In this document: one piece after another, positions 20,126 to 31,600 of the stretch
Layout of the letters: the number at the start of each line of letters is the position of its first letter
How positions within the stretch are numbered: position 1 is the stretch's first letter
Position numbers and translations under genes: made by a program
Source of the DNA: an uncultured bacterium
GTDB taxonomy: Bacteria > Babelota > Babeliae > Babelales > Babelaceae
NCBI GenBank assembly: GCA_963713855.1
Contig: OY970209.1
Span: 864,001 to 928,000, forward strand
Direction: 5' to 3'
Length of the DNA stretch: 64,000 nucleotides
Notes under the pieces: generated by a model
The model's input: the letters and a program-made list of their open reading frames with translations, nothing else
The model's database searches: none
What the model was told of the DNA's origin: nothing

Positions 20126-21841
20126 ATGGTTATCCAAGGGCAAAAGTATCGTTGGCAACTTCCTCAAACTAATCTACCGCTTATGCAGGATTTAGCTTCG
20201 CGCTTAAATGTGTGTTTTCCTGTCGTTCAAACATTGCTCACACGTGGCATGGAAAATGTCGCGGATATTGAGCGGTTTCTTTTTAGTCAGGAAGAGCGTG
20301 ATGTTGGCCATCCTTCGCTGCTTAAAGATGCTCTAAAAGCTGTTGACCGTATCATAGAAGCAATTGAGCGGCGCGAAAATATACTTATATGTGGCGACTA
20401 TGATGTTGATGGTATTACTTCTGCATCACTTTTACTCACCTGCCTTCTTCCTTTAGGAGCGCAGGTTAATTTTTTTCTTCCTAACCGTGTGCGTGATGGC
20501 TATGGCTTATCAGTAAAAACGGTAGAGCGAGCTGCTCGCAATGGGTATAAGGTGCTTATTACGGTTGATAATGGTATTACCGCATTTGATGCAGCCCGTG
20601 CAGCACAAATAGCCGGTATTGATCTAATCATTACAGATCATCACCATCCCCATGCAGAAATACCTGACGCATTTGCAATCGTTAACCCGCATCAAAAAAC
20701 ATGCCCCTATCCCTTTAAATATTTTGCGGGGGTCGGGGTTGGTTTTAAGCTCATGGCATACCTTTATGAAAAGCTTGGCTTAACATTGCCTAAAAAGGTG
20801 TATGAGCTTCTATTACTTGGTACTGTAGCAGACGTTGTTCCATTAAAGGATGAAAATAGGTTTTGGGTCCGTTACGGCCTTAATCAGATACACAAGGAAG
20901 AGAGTTTTGCCTTAAAAGTGCTCAAGAAAAATGGCCGCGTAACTAAAAGTGATCTTACGTCAACTGATATTGGTTTTTTCCTTACCCCTCAAATCAATGC
21001 CCTGGGGCGTCTTGATGATCCACGTGATGGTGTTAAATTTTTGATGAGCAGTGACCCTCTTGAAGTTGAGCGTATTGGCACCATTTTAGCTTCTTTTAAT
21101 GAGGCGCGTAAGCTTGTTGAGCGGTCTATTGTACAAAACATAGAAGCTACATTGGCGCAGAAAGATTTTTCAGAAGAGTGGATTATTGTAGAGTCAAGCC
21201 ATGACTGGCCAGCGGGTGTTATAGGGCTTGCAGCTTCCCGTTTAGTGAGTACTTATTATCGCCCTGCGTTTCTCTTTCATGTTACTCGAGAAGGAATAGC
21301 AAAGGGTTCATGCCGCTCTTTACCATCCTTTAATGTTTTTCATGCCCTGGTTGAAGTAAAAGATCTTCTTTTAACCTTTGGCGGTCACGCTGCAGCTGCT
21401 GGCTTATCGTTGCGGGCAGAAAAATTGCCTATTTTTAAAGAACGCATGGTAGAAATCGTTAAAAGTAAGTTAACACGTGATGATTTGCACCCTGTTCTCA
21501 TGCTTGATGCACAACTTTCACTTCCTGAAGCAAATCAGGCTATTGTGCGAGACTTAAAATTTCTTGAACCATTTGGCTGCGATAATCCGGTTCCTTTCTT
21601 TTATGTACGCGATGCGACGCTTATAAATCCGCCGCAGCTTTTAAAAGACGCACACGTAAAATGTACTATTTTTGCAGATGGTGTTGTAAAGCCTGTAATC
21701 TTTTTCAATAGACCTGAGCTCTTTTCTTTTTTGGCTGCGCATGTTTCAGAGCCAGTCGATCTGGTCGTTCACATTCTTGAAAACAATTGGAATAATGAAG
21801 CGCGTGTTGAATTACAGGGAATCGATATTGCACTGGTATAA
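20126..21841 (+). CDS. recJ: ssDNA exonuclease RecJ
   Basis: GDYDVDG, TVDNG, TDHH, GTVADVV, GGHAAAAG, LEPFG.DNP. Confidence 0.95.
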   Translation: MVIQGQKYRWQLPQTNLPLMQDLASRLNVCFPVVQTLLTRGMENVADIERFLFSQEERDVGHPSLLKDALKAVDRIIEAIERRENILICGDYDVDGITSASLLLTCLLPLGAQVNFFLPNRVRDGYGLSVKTVERAARNGYKVLITVDNGITAFDAARAAQIAGIDLIITDHHHPHAEIPDAFAIVNPHQKTCPYPFKYFAGVGVGFKLMAYLYEKLGLTLPKKVYELLLLGTVADVVPLKDENRFWVRYGLNQIHKEESFALKVLKKNGRVTKSDLTSTDIGFFLTPQINALGRLDDPRDGVKFLMSSDPLEVERIGTILASFNEARKLVERSIVQNIEATLAQKDFSEEWIIVESSHDWPAGVIGLAASRLVSTYYRPAFLFHVTREGIAKGSCRSLPSFNVFHALVEVKDLLLTFGGHAAAAGLSLRAEKLPIFKERMVEIVKSKLTRDDLHPVLMLDAQLSLPEANQAIVRDLKFLEPFGCDNPVPFFYVRDATLINPPQLLKDAHVKCTIFADGVVKPVIFFNRPELFSFLAAHVSEPVDLVVHILENNWNNEARVELQGIDIALV

Positions 21842-21846
21842 AAATT

Positions 21847-22539
21847 ATGATCATCACTCTTGACGGCCCGAGCGCCAGCGGTAAATCTTCGATTGCACGC
21901 ATTTTAGCCACTGATTTACGCTACGTCTACCTCAATACGGGATTACTCTACAGAGCCCTTGGCTATATTCTCATGCAAAGATATGGCTATACTCTCGATA
22001 CGCTCAAGGCTCCCAAAGAAAAAGACATCCAAGAGGCTCTTATAAAAGACTGCTTTGAGTATACCTACGATGTACGTACTGGCAGCCAAATATTTTTCAA
22101 AAAAGAAGATATAACGTCGTATCTCAAGACACCGTGCATAGATCAAGCGTCTTCGATTGTCAGCGCTGACGAATACGTGCGTTTTGCGCTTTTAGGAGTG
22201 CAAAGAGCTCTTGGCGAGCTATCTAATCTCGTGGCGGAAGGCCGAGATTGCGGCTCTGTCGTTTTTCCTGAGGCTGATTATAAATTTTTCATTACTGCTT
22301 CACTTTTAGTACGTGCTCATCGTTGGCAGGAAGATCAAAAGAAAAAGGGAATAGCTATTTTGCTAAAAGGAGCGCTTGAGAGTATTACAGTGCGCGATGA
22401 GCGAGATTCTCATCGCGAGGTTGCCCCCCTTGTAATTCCGCAAGGAGCTTATGTTTTAGATACTTCATCTATAAGCATTAGTCAGAGCATTGAATGTATA
22501 AAAAAAATTATTTCTGATCGTACTAGAAAAGCGAAGTAG
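21847..22539 (+). CDS. cmk: Cytidylate kinase
   Basis: ITLDGPSASGKS, TG.LYRA, EGRD.GSVVFP.A, RDERDS.R..APL. Confidence 0.95.
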   Translation: MIITLDGPSASGKSSIARILATDLRYVYLNTGLLYRALGYILMQRYGYTLDTLKAPKEKDIQEALIKDCFEYTYDVRTGSQIFFKKEDITSYLKTPCIDQASSIVSADEYVRFALLGVQRALGELSNLVAEGRDCGSVVFPEADYKFFITASLLVRAHRWQEDQKKKGIAILLKGALESITVRDERDSHREVAPLVIPQGAYVLDTSSISISQSIECIKKIISDRTRKAK

Positions 22540-22694
22540 AAGTAAGAAGTTTTTTGTATTAATAAACTTACTTATCTTTCAATGTTGCACCATTTAGTAA
22601 AGAACATACTTTGCTTCCCGTTTTGACAAACACACTCTTTAGCGTTACCATACGAACAATCTTATTGGGATCGCCTACAAAAACGAGGTTAAAC

Positions 22695-23696
22695 ATGACT
22701 CTGCGAGCGATGTTAGTCGGTTTTGTTTTTCTCTTGTGCTTTATGCATTCTACCAACGCGATGGATTTTTTCAGGAATTCAAAAAAGAGGGCCAAAAATG
22801 CTCTTGAAAAGGTTATGGGAGCTCCCGAGAAAAGCAAGGAAGATAAGGCATTGGATTTAATTCTAGAAAAAGCGCCCACTAAAAAAAGTTTGGCAAGAGC
22901 TCGCAAACTTATAAGGAATGGTGCTCAGATTTCAAGGCACACTAATAATGATTCAGACAACATTGGTTTAGAATTTCAGAAGTTTCTCACTTTGATGCTT
23001 CTTTTAGATGGGCAGAGGGACGAGTTTCTTGCCCAATCCATACAAGGCCTAATGCGTACAATTGTAGAGTTCACGCCAAGCATTTTGACGGCAGTCGATG
23101 AGTCGGGAAACTCTTTAGTACACCAAGCAATTCTTGGAAGAAACAGCCCTGCGCTTGCGTTTCTTTTAAGCCTACAAGATCAGATTGAAAGCGTGCTCGT
23201 TATTCGTAATGACGATGATTTGACGCCTCTGCAATTAGCACAAAGAAAAGCTGAAGATGGCGGCAAAGAGGAAGGCCTTATTTTTAATCAACTAAATGAA
23301 TTCATAGAAGAACTCGTGCGGCATATGAACTACAAATCCTTTGTAGTGGATTCTGCAAGTTCCTCAATTCGGATTGCAACAAGAGTTTATAGATCCGTTT
23401 TACCAGAAAATGATGAGTCCAAGGAAATTGCTACCGACATAGGCACCCTAAGTACTGTCGGTGAGGGAGATCTTCCACACCTGAGAAGCCCTTATGAACC
23501 TGAACCGCGAAGGCTTCCATTAAACGATCACTCATCTATCAAGTTGGGACATATTATTTCCAATCCTAAAATAAAATGGCTTTTACGTCTGGCAGGCACA
23601 GCAGCTGTTTTCGCGGCATTTTACGGGCTTAAAGAGGCTTACCAATATCTTTTCTCCGACGTGCATGGGGATAGTGGACAGAAAAGAGAGCTCTAA
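22695..23696 (+). CDS. Secreted ankyrin-repeat protein with C-terminal hydrophobic helix
   Basis: GNSLVHQAI and DLTPLQLA; signal ..TNA-MD; GAGGT before ATG 22695. Confidence 0.75.
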   Translation: MTLRAMLVGFVFLLCFMHSTNAMDFFRNSKKRAKNALEKVMGAPEKSKEDKALDLILEKAPTKKSLARARKLIRNGAQISRHTNNDSDNIGLEFQKFLTLMLLLDGQRDEFLAQSIQGLMRTIVEFTPSILTAVDESGNSLVHQAILGRNSPALAFLLSLQDQIESVLVIRNDDDLTPLQLAQRKAEDGGKEEGLIFNQLNEFIEELVRHMNYKSFVVDSASSSIRIATRVYRSVLPENDESKEIATDIGTLSTVGEGDLPHLRSPYEPEPRRLPLNDHSSIKLGHIISNPKIKWLLRLAGTAAVFAAFYGLKEAYQYLFSDVHGDSGQKREL

Positions 23697-23760
23697 AATG
23701 AGGCATAGCTATCATTGCATTCGAAACACATTGAAAATAAAAGAATAAAAAGGGGAGATT

Positions 23761-26700
23761 ATGTTTTTTTACTACCGTATTACAAGGTATTGTTTCCTAC
23801 TTTTTTGGCTTTTTTCAATCGCACCATTAGAGGTCTGTGCAATCAGCGAGGTAAGCTATTCTTTGCCAGGAGCTTCTATATGGCCCACAGCTTTATCATT
23901 TTCACCGAATGGGTCGTATCTTGCTACGGCTAATTTAAATGATATATCTATTTTTAATGTGGGGGTAGGGGGAATTTCTAATCAGGGAAGTTCGTTTTTG
24001 CTACCTCCAGGTCCCACTAATCCTGTCTCCGGAGCTCTTTCAGCAAACGGTTTATACTTTGCAACTGCTAATTTTGATACTAATGATATCACCGTATTCA
24101 GTGTCGGAGCAGATGGATCACTAAGTGGAAATATTTCCTATCCTTTACCTTCTAACTTTATGGCGCCTCAGTCAATAGCCTTCTCCCCCAATAATCTTTA
24201 CCTTGCTATCACTAACGGGAGCGTCCATGGGGTGACCTTATTTAATGTTGAAGCAGCGGGAGCTTTGGGGGCTGGAACATCATATTCTCTACCAACGGGC
24301 TCTTCTTCAGCTAATTCGGCCGTATTTTCCCCCGATAGTAACTATCTTGCTACAGCTAATGTTCTTTCAAACGATATTACCATTTTTACCGTGCAAACGG
24401 GTGGGACGCTAACTAGTGGTATCTCTTATGCCTTACCTTCGGGCTCTTTTATTTCCCCTACGCTAGCATTTTCGCCGGATGGCTCCTTTGTTGCTGTTGT
24501 TACTACCGATGCATCTTCAGCAATTAGCATAACCATATTTAGCGTAGAAGCAGGGGGAGTTTTAAGTAATAGTGGTTCATATCTATTGCCATCCGGCTCT
24601 TTCCCCTCTCCCTCTCCTAACGCCTTAGCATTTTCGCCTAATGGCGCATATCTTGCCACTGCTAATCTAACGAATATTACAGTTTTTCAGGTACAATCTG
24701 GAGGGATGCTTAGTGGCGGAATTTCTTACCCACTGCCATCAGGCTCCTCCGACGCTTGGGCAATAGCATTCTCCCCGGATAGCTCATATCTCGCAACGGC
24801 AAACGCTGCAACGAGCAACGTCGCTGTGTTTGCAGTAGGATCTGGTGGAGCATTGAGTCCAGGTACTTTATACTCCATGCCGTCAGGGTCTCAAATCCCT
24901 CATTCAGTATCTTTTACACCAGACAACTCCTACCTCATTACGGCAAACGCTGTATCGCACGATGTAACAGTATTTAGCCTAGGAGCAGGAGAAATACTGA
25001 GCGCAGGAACTTCATATCAGGTATTATCTAATTCAATACAACCATCGGCACTTTCATTTTCGTCAGATAGTTCGTACCTTGCTATTAGCAGTATTCAGAC
25101 AAGCGAAGTAACCATAATGAATGTGGAATCAGGCGGGTTTTTGAGTGCAGTCGGATCATATTCTTTGCCCTCTCCGTCTTTTCAGCCTAGCTCTGTAGCA
25201 TTCTCGCCGAATGGCTTGTATGTAGCAACCTGTAACTATACAGAAGACGTGACGATATTTAAAGTTGGAGCGGGAGGCGTGCTGAGTAATGGCACATCAT
25301 ATCCACTGCCGTCTCTAAGCAGTTCCGTTCCTATATCAATAGCATTCTCTCCTGATAGCTCGTATATTGCCGTATGCGATGAAGTCACAAATAGTGTTAC
25401 TGTATTGAGCGTAGGTTCGGGAGGTGTTTTAAGCGCAGGTACTTCCTATGCCCTACCGCCTAGTTCTTACGCGCCAAAGTGCGTGGCATTTTCACCGAAT
25501 GGTTCCTATCTCTTTACTGCTAATGGGAATTCTAATAATGTAACCGTATTCCAGGTTGGTGCTGGTGGAGTACTGAGCGCAGGAACTTCATATCCGATTC
25601 CCTCAGGTTCGGTGGGTCCGCGATCAATATCTTTTCCCTCCAACGGCGCTTTTATTGCAACCGCAAATGCTTTTTCGAATGATGTCACCGTATTTAGTGT
25701 TGGAACTGGAGGTACACTTAATGCCGGAACTTCTTATCCTATACCTTCTGCTTCTACAAATCCCCAGCAAGCGGTATTTTTACCGAGCGGCTTAGATCTT
25801 GCTACTGCAAATTATGGCTCGTCTGACATCAGTATATTTCCCGTGACGAACGGGGTGCTGAGTGGGGGGACATCTTACCCTTTACCGCCACTTTTTAGAG
25901 GATCCCGTGCTCCCGTTGCAGTGGCCTTTTCACCAAATCTTTCGTATCTTGTCACCGCAAACTTTGATTCAAGTGACGTAACACTCTTCGATGCAGCGTC
26001 AAGTAATGGTACACTCACGTTGGGAGCAAAAAAATCATATCCATTACCGCGTAATCAACGCGGACCATCGTTTCCCTCTTCAATAGATTTTTCCGTGGAT
26101 AATTTGTATGTCTTAACTGCTAACGATGGATCTAACGATGTAACGGTATTTCAATTGACGGGTGGACAATTATTAAATCCCACCTCGTATCCACTGCCAG
26201 GAAATGCCACAAATCCAACCTCATTACAATTCTCGCCAGATAATCTTTACGTTGCAGTAGCTAACGGCAATTCCAATACTATTGCCATATTTAATTTTGC
26301 GGCAGGTACGTTAACGAATGGGGCAAGCTTTGCTCTACCGAGTGGAGGCTTAGATCCTGAAGCACTTGCTTTTACGCCAGATGGCTCCTATCTTGCAACG
26401 GCAAACCACGGCTCGAACAATATTGCTCTTTTTCCCTTCTCATCGGGCATTCTGCAAAGCGGTACTTTGACTGCCTTACCAACTGGATCTAGCGGACCTC
26501 AAGCGCTTGTGTTCTTCTCGTCATCCAATACCATTTTGCTCCTTTTTACTGCAAATGGTATATCGAATGACATTACCACTTATAGTGTTCAAGCAGGTAC
26601 TTTAAGTAATGGTAAGTCATACTTATTGCCTAATGGAGCTCTTAATCCTCGGTCAATAGCTGTATCACCCAATGGGGTGTATCTTGCAACCGCTAATATT

Positions 26701-27084
26701 GCTTCGAACAGCTTCTCGCTTTTTACTATTAACGGAGGAGCATTGAGTACGGCTACTTCTTATAATTTGCCTGTAAACTCGACGAGCTGTATTGCTATCA
26801 ACTTTGCTCCAAGACCGCAAGCTGGGCAAGTATTTCTTGCAACTGCAAATTTTGATTCGAATGACGTCACCGTAGCCAACTTGCTTGCCGGCAGTAACGG
26901 AGGCGGAGATGGAAGCGTTCCATTAGGGGTTATTGTTGGAGTTTCAGTAGGCGTTCCGGTAGGCCTTGCTCTTCTTGTGGGTGCTGTGACTACTGCGAGT
27001 TTTCTTCTATACAAATATTTGCACCGCCATCCAGGTGGCAGCGTTAATTTTAATGGAAGTGAAGTGGCTCATGAAGTACTTTGA
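23761..27084 (+). CDS. 21-repeat beta-propeller membrane protein (paralog 2)
   Basis: 21 repeats, signal peptide, TM VPLGVIVGVSVGVP, tail LHRHPGGSVNF...HEVL. Confidence 0.85.
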   Translation: MFFYYRITRYCFLLFWLFSIAPLEVCAISEVSYSLPGASIWPTALSFSPNGSYLATANLNDISIFNVGVGGISNQGSSFLLPPGPTNPVSGALSANGLYFATANFDTNDITVFSVGADGSLSGNISYPLPSNFMAPQSIAFSPNNLYLAITNGSVHGVTLFNVEAAGALGAGTSYSLPTGSSSANSAVFSPDSNYLATANVLSNDITIFTVQTGGTLTSGISYALPSGSFISPTLAFSPDGSFVAVVTTDASSAISITIFSVEAGGVLSNSGSYLLPSGSFPSPSPNALAFSPNGAYLATANLTNITVFQVQSGGMLSGGISYPLPSGSSDAWAIAFSPDSSYLATANAATSNVAVFAVGSGGALSPGTLYSMPSGSQIPHSVSFTPDNSYLITANAVSHDVTVFSLGAGEILSAGTSYQVLSNSIQPSALSFSSDSSYLAISSIQTSEVTIMNVESGGFLSAVGSYSLPSPSFQPSSVAFSPNGLYVATCNYTEDVTIFKVGAGGVLSNGTSYPLPSLSSSVPISIAFSPDSSYIAVCDEVTNSVTVLSVGSGGVLSAGTSYALPPSSYAPKCVAFSPNGSYLFTANGNSNNVTVFQVGAGGVLSAGTSYPIPSGSVGPRSISFPSNGAFIATANAFSNDVTVFSVGTGGTLNAGTSYPIPSASTNPQQAVFLPSGLDLATANYGSSDISIFPVTNGVLSGGTSYPLPPLFRGSRAPVAVAFSPNLSYLVTANFDSSDVTLFDAASSNGTLTLGAKKSYPLPRNQRGPSFPSSIDFSVDNLYVLTANDGSNDVTVFQLTGGQLLNPTSYPLPGNATNPTSLQFSPDNLYVAVANGNSNTIAIFNFAAGTLTNGASFALPSGGLDPEALAFTPDGSYLATANHGSNNIALFPFSSGILQSGTLTALPTGSSGPQALVFFSSSNTILLLFTANGISNDITTYSVQAGTLSNGKSYLLPNGALNPRSIAVSPNGVYLATANIASNSFSLFTINGGALSTATSYNLPVNSTSCIAINFAPRPQAGQVFLATANFDSNDVTVANLLAGSNGGGDGSVPLGVIVGVSVGVPVGLALLVGAVTTASFLLYKYLHRHPGGSVNFNGSEVAHEVL

Positions 27085-27257
27085 ACTATTAAGATGAATT
27101 TTGCTCAAATTAGCAGTAATGGCACTCAGAGAAAGATCACCTTTTCTGAGCTCGACTCCATCATGGGTTCTTTTACGGGAGAAAAGTATTCATACTTTTG
27201 CAGTTGCGTCAGAACCGTTGTAGAAATGTTAATGACATATCGTGTGAGGTTCATGCG

Positions 27258-27402
27258 TTGACAAAAGCTGAAGAGGTGTTAAGATGCGACTCAATGAGTT
27301 AGGCCTTTTTCTCTGGGCCCTACGCCGCCTTTTAGTAGTTTTGAAAGACTATTAGGAAAGCTGATGAAATCTGGTTTTAGGTTATAAGACTGGAGTAAAG
27401 CT
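27258..27402 (+). promoter_or_regulatory. Sigma70-like promoter and structured 5' leader
   Basis: TTGACA-16-TAAGAT with extended TG; three hairpins before the GGAG RBS. Confidence 0.5.
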
Positions 27403-28548
27403 GTGAACAGAATATATATTCTTGTGCTCGTGTTTTCTTTTCTATTAGCCAATGACGTTCAAACCATGGAAGATAGAAATTCTAGAAACTCTTTTCTTAG
27501 TCGTGCTCGCAGTGCTTTCCATCAGGCCGCGAGTGCTGATCAACGCATTGAGAAGATACTTCAAGAAAATGGCAATAATGTTAACGCGGTCATTGAGATT
27601 GGCAATGAACCTTACACTCTCCTTGCCTATGCGGTTCAAAGCGGAAGCTTGCCCATGGTTAAGCGGTTACTGGGTGAAGGATCTGAAATCAGAATGAGTC
27701 CCACTAGGCAGACTGGCATTCTTTCATTAGCCCTGGCAAGGGGAGATACAGGGATAATTGATGAATTGCTCTCAAGAAATCTTCCGACTAGCGAAATAGA
27801 AGATGTAAACAGCTACGCGCTTGTCCTGCAGGCTGGCATAGATTTGATACGTAACTATCGGCCACGATCACCAGCAAGACATCGGCCGACGGCCCAAAGA
27901 GTTGATTCAGCTTTACTTGATAGGCTTGCATTAAATCCTGGCTCCGGCTTAGAAGCCCAAGCTATTAACGCAGGCGATGCCGGAGATACCTGGTCACTTT
28001 TAACCTTACTTGATAAGATGGATGTTACGGCCATACAAAGGATTTTTGACTATCATCGATTTGAATGGCCTATTGAAACTTTGGAATTACTGACCAGCAG
28101 AGGTGCTCGTGCAAACCTTCACTTTGCTTCATGGGCCAATCTTGAAGATGAGAGATTGTTATTTTTCTTGTGCAACGGTGGACGAGATTCGATAAATACA
28201 GAATCAGCGTTCGGAACGCCCTTGTTTAGCGCCATCGTAAATGACGCCAAGCTAGATCATATACTCATTCTTCTTGAAAAAGGCGCAGTGCCTAATATCA
28301 AATATTCAGATTCAAAAATGACGCCTAAAGAATGGGCATTGAGAAGAATTGATACACTTTATAAGAAGATCGCATCCGGAAATGATAGTAAAAGCGCGAG
28401 TGAAGAAATTGATAAGCTTAAAAAGATCGTCGAACTCTTAAGCTCTGAAGAAGTGCACGTCGATCTTTATTCGTCATGGCGACATTCAGCGCCATTGAGA
28501 GGTGATACCTCGCCTATTAATCAACGGTTTATGGGCGGTACTTTGTAA
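27403..28548 (+). CDS. Secreted ankyrin-repeat protein
   Basis: TLLAYAVQSGSLPMVKRLLGEG and GTPLFSAI..ILLEKGA; signal ..VQT-MED. Confidence 0.8.
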   Translation: MNRIYILVLVFSFLLANDVQTMEDRNSRNSFLSRARSAFHQAASADQRIEKILQENGNNVNAVIEIGNEPYTLLAYAVQSGSLPMVKRLLGEGSEIRMSPTRQTGILSLALARGDTGIIDELLSRNLPTSEIEDVNSYALVLQAGIDLIRNYRPRSPARHRPTAQRVDSALLDRLALNPGSGLEAQAINAGDAGDTWSLLTLLDKMDVTAIQRIFDYHRFEWPIETLELLTSRGARANLHFASWANLEDERLLFFLCNGGRDSINTESAFGTPLFSAIVNDAKLDHILILLEKGAVPNIKYSDSKMTPKEWALRRIDTLYKKIASGNDSKSASEEIDKLKKIVELLSSEEVHVDLYSSWRHSAPLRGDTSPINQRFMGGTL

Positions 28549-28633
28549 TTTCGTTTCGCTATACTATCAAAGCATGGTTGCTGGGTCTGTTTTCTTCAGC
28601 AGCAGTCTTTTTGAAACTGGGTTTTTGCAAAGC

Positions 28634-31600
28634 TTACAATTCGCTACCGAGTAATTCGTAAGGCACAGCTTTTGCATCAAAATTGACGACTTTAGCTCCC
28701 CGATGCATGAATTTATATTTATAGAATAAGAAAGCACCGACTGCGCCTGTTGCGGCTATAACTGATAATAGAGCAGGAACTCCGATCACTATTCCTATTA
28801 TTGCACCGGTTGATAGGTCATCACTGGGGCTATCATTAGTTGAATAACTTGATCCATCTCCATCACCACCATCCCCAAAAATCGTAACAATCGATACGTC
28901 ATTTGAATCACTATTAGCTGTTGCAAGAATAACGTTTCCCTGGCTCGTGATAATTGGAGAAAAAGCTACGGCTGCGTCATTACTTGAATTGACAGGAAGG
29001 CTATATGAATTTCCTTTTTCTAACGTGTTATTAACAACGGTAAACAGGGTAAAAGTATTTGATATACCGTTAGCTGTTGCTAGATAGGTACTATTGGGAG
29101 AAACAGCAACAAAGACAGGGCCGATAGATCCTGTAGGTAGCTTATATGATGTTCCTTCTTTTATAATTCCCTCCTCCAAAGGAAAAAGACTTACATCGTG
29201 TGAATTGCTATTTGCCGTAGCTACAAATAACCCGCCGTTAAATGCCGTTAAAAATGTTAGTGAAAGTGGGGTGCTTGATTTATAAGGCAATGTTTGAGAA
29301 GATATGGCCTTTAGTAATCCATTTGTTGCGTTAAAGACTGTTACATCGTTAGATTCAGCGTTAGCAGTAGCAAGATATAAGCCATCTGGTGAGAACGCTA
29401 TGCCTATCGGATAGGATGCATTTGAAGGTAGTGCATAGGAAAGACCATCAATCAGTTTTCCTGATACTACTTTGAATAAAGTGACATCATTTGATCGGCT
29501 GTTAGCAACAGCTACATAGTTATCGTTAGGAGAGAAGCTTATAGAGGAAGGGAAGGTCGAATTGCCCGGCAGTGTGTACGATACTCCCTGCGTCAATGTG
29601 CCATTAGCTACGTTAAATAATGTTATATCGTTCGTTTTGCTATTGGCAATTGCTAAATATGATGAATTGTAAGAAAAAGCAATGCTTATGGGAAGCAATG
29701 AACTCGACGGAAGAGAAAAGGAGGTTGCATTACTAAGAACGCCGTGCGGACTTGCTTGAAAAAGCGTAACGTCGCTTGTATTGTAATTTCCCGTTGCTAA
29801 ATAGAGTGCATTTTTTGAAAACGCTAGCGAGCGGGGCTCGCGCGAGTGGATAGGCAAAGGATACGATCTTCCTTTCGATAGAGGACAATTAATCTCAAAT
29901 AACGCCACATTATTTGAGCTCGTATGAGCAGTTGCCACATAATCGCTTGATGGCGAAATTGCAACTGCTACCGGTCCTATAGAGCCTGTAGGTAAGGCGT
30001 ATGAAACCGCCCCGCTTAAGACTCCTGGCTCCCAGGAAAAGAACGTTACATTATTTGAACTATTATTAGCGACAACGAGGTAATTACCCGACGGCGCAAA
30101 GGCCACTGAGTACGGTGCTGTGGAATTTGATGGTAGAGCATACGATACTCCGGTACTTAAGCTGGTTGGACCAACTTCAAAAATGCTTACGTTATTTGAG
30201 CCAGCATTGGCAGTTGCAAGATATTCACCCTCAGGCGAGAACGCTACTGAGCGCGGACTAGTCGAACCGGGAGGTAAAGTATACGATACTCCTCCGCTTA
30301 AGGCTCCCTGTGCACTTATGGAAAATACAGTTACGTTATTTGAACTATTAGCAGTGGCAAGGTAATTGCCTAAAGGAGAAAACGCTAGTGAAAGAGGTCC
30401 TGATGATCCCGCGGGTAAAGGGTATGATGTAGGACTACTCAAAATTCCTCCTGATTCTACTACAAATAGGGTCACATTGTTTGAACTGGTATTAGCAGTT
30501 GCAACATAGTTGCCGCTAGGCGAAAATGCTATCGAGCAGGGCTCGGAAGAACCGGCAGGCAAAGCGTAGGAGTTACCTTCATTAAGCACCCCAGACCTTA
30601 GGGTAAAAAGCGTTACATTGTTTGAGCTTTGATTGGCAGTAGCTACGAAGTTGCCCAACGGTGAACAGGCCACTGATGCCGGACGCAAAGAACCCGAAGG
30701 CAGAGCATAGGTCATACTGCTCAAGTCTCCTTCCTGTTCTAAAGCAAAGACTGTTACACTATTTGTATTGTTGGCGGTTAAAAGATAATTCCCAGATGGC
30801 GAAAATGCTATTGATTCGGGAGTTGTCGAACCGAGATTTAGAGCATATGATGTTGCACCAGTTAATGATCCAGTAAACGCACCAGCAAATATCGTTACAT
30901 TATTCGACTCATTGTTGGCCGTTATAAGATAATTACTTGTAGGTGAAATTACGACCGAATAAGGCCCCAGCGAACCTGAAGGTAAGCTATAAGTTGTACC
31001 ACCAAATAGAATTCCTTGCATTGGTACTACATCAAAGATCGTAACGCTATTGCTTTCATAATTAGCGACTGCTAGGTAATTTCCCGCCGGCGAAAAAGTT
31101 GCAGCGTAGGGGGTTGACGAGCTTGCTAGAGGTGTGGATGATCCACCGGATAATGCGCCGCCTGATCCTACCGCGAACATCGTTACATCATTTGAGCCAG
31201 CATTTGCTGTAACCAAATAGTTTGCTGAAGACATGAAGGCGACTGAGAAAGGATTTGTGGAACCAAATGGCAGGGGATAGGACGCGATTCCACCAATAAT
31301 TTGTCCAAGAGTTAGCGAAAAGACTGTTACATCATTTGACCCATAATTGGCTGTTGCAAAATAGTTGCCTGATGGCGAAAATGCTAGTGATCGTGGGCCG
31401 GTAGAACCGAAAGGAAGTGCGGCTCTTTGTCCAATAAGCAAGCTGCCATCTGCCTCGAAGAAGAACGTAGTTACATCGTTCGAACCAAAATTGGCAGTAA
31501 CTAAAAAGTTTCCTGGCGATGAAAATGCGAGTGAGTAAGGTGCAGTAGAACCAGATGGTAAGGCGTAAGATATGCCACTGCTTAGTATACCTGCAGAATT

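Noticed and set aside
27322..27395. Hammerhead ribozyme or fluoride riboswitch (CCGC..GCTGATGA)
   Set aside because: No GAAA after stem II and no NUH site; the fluoride P1 helix and pseudoknot partner are missing.
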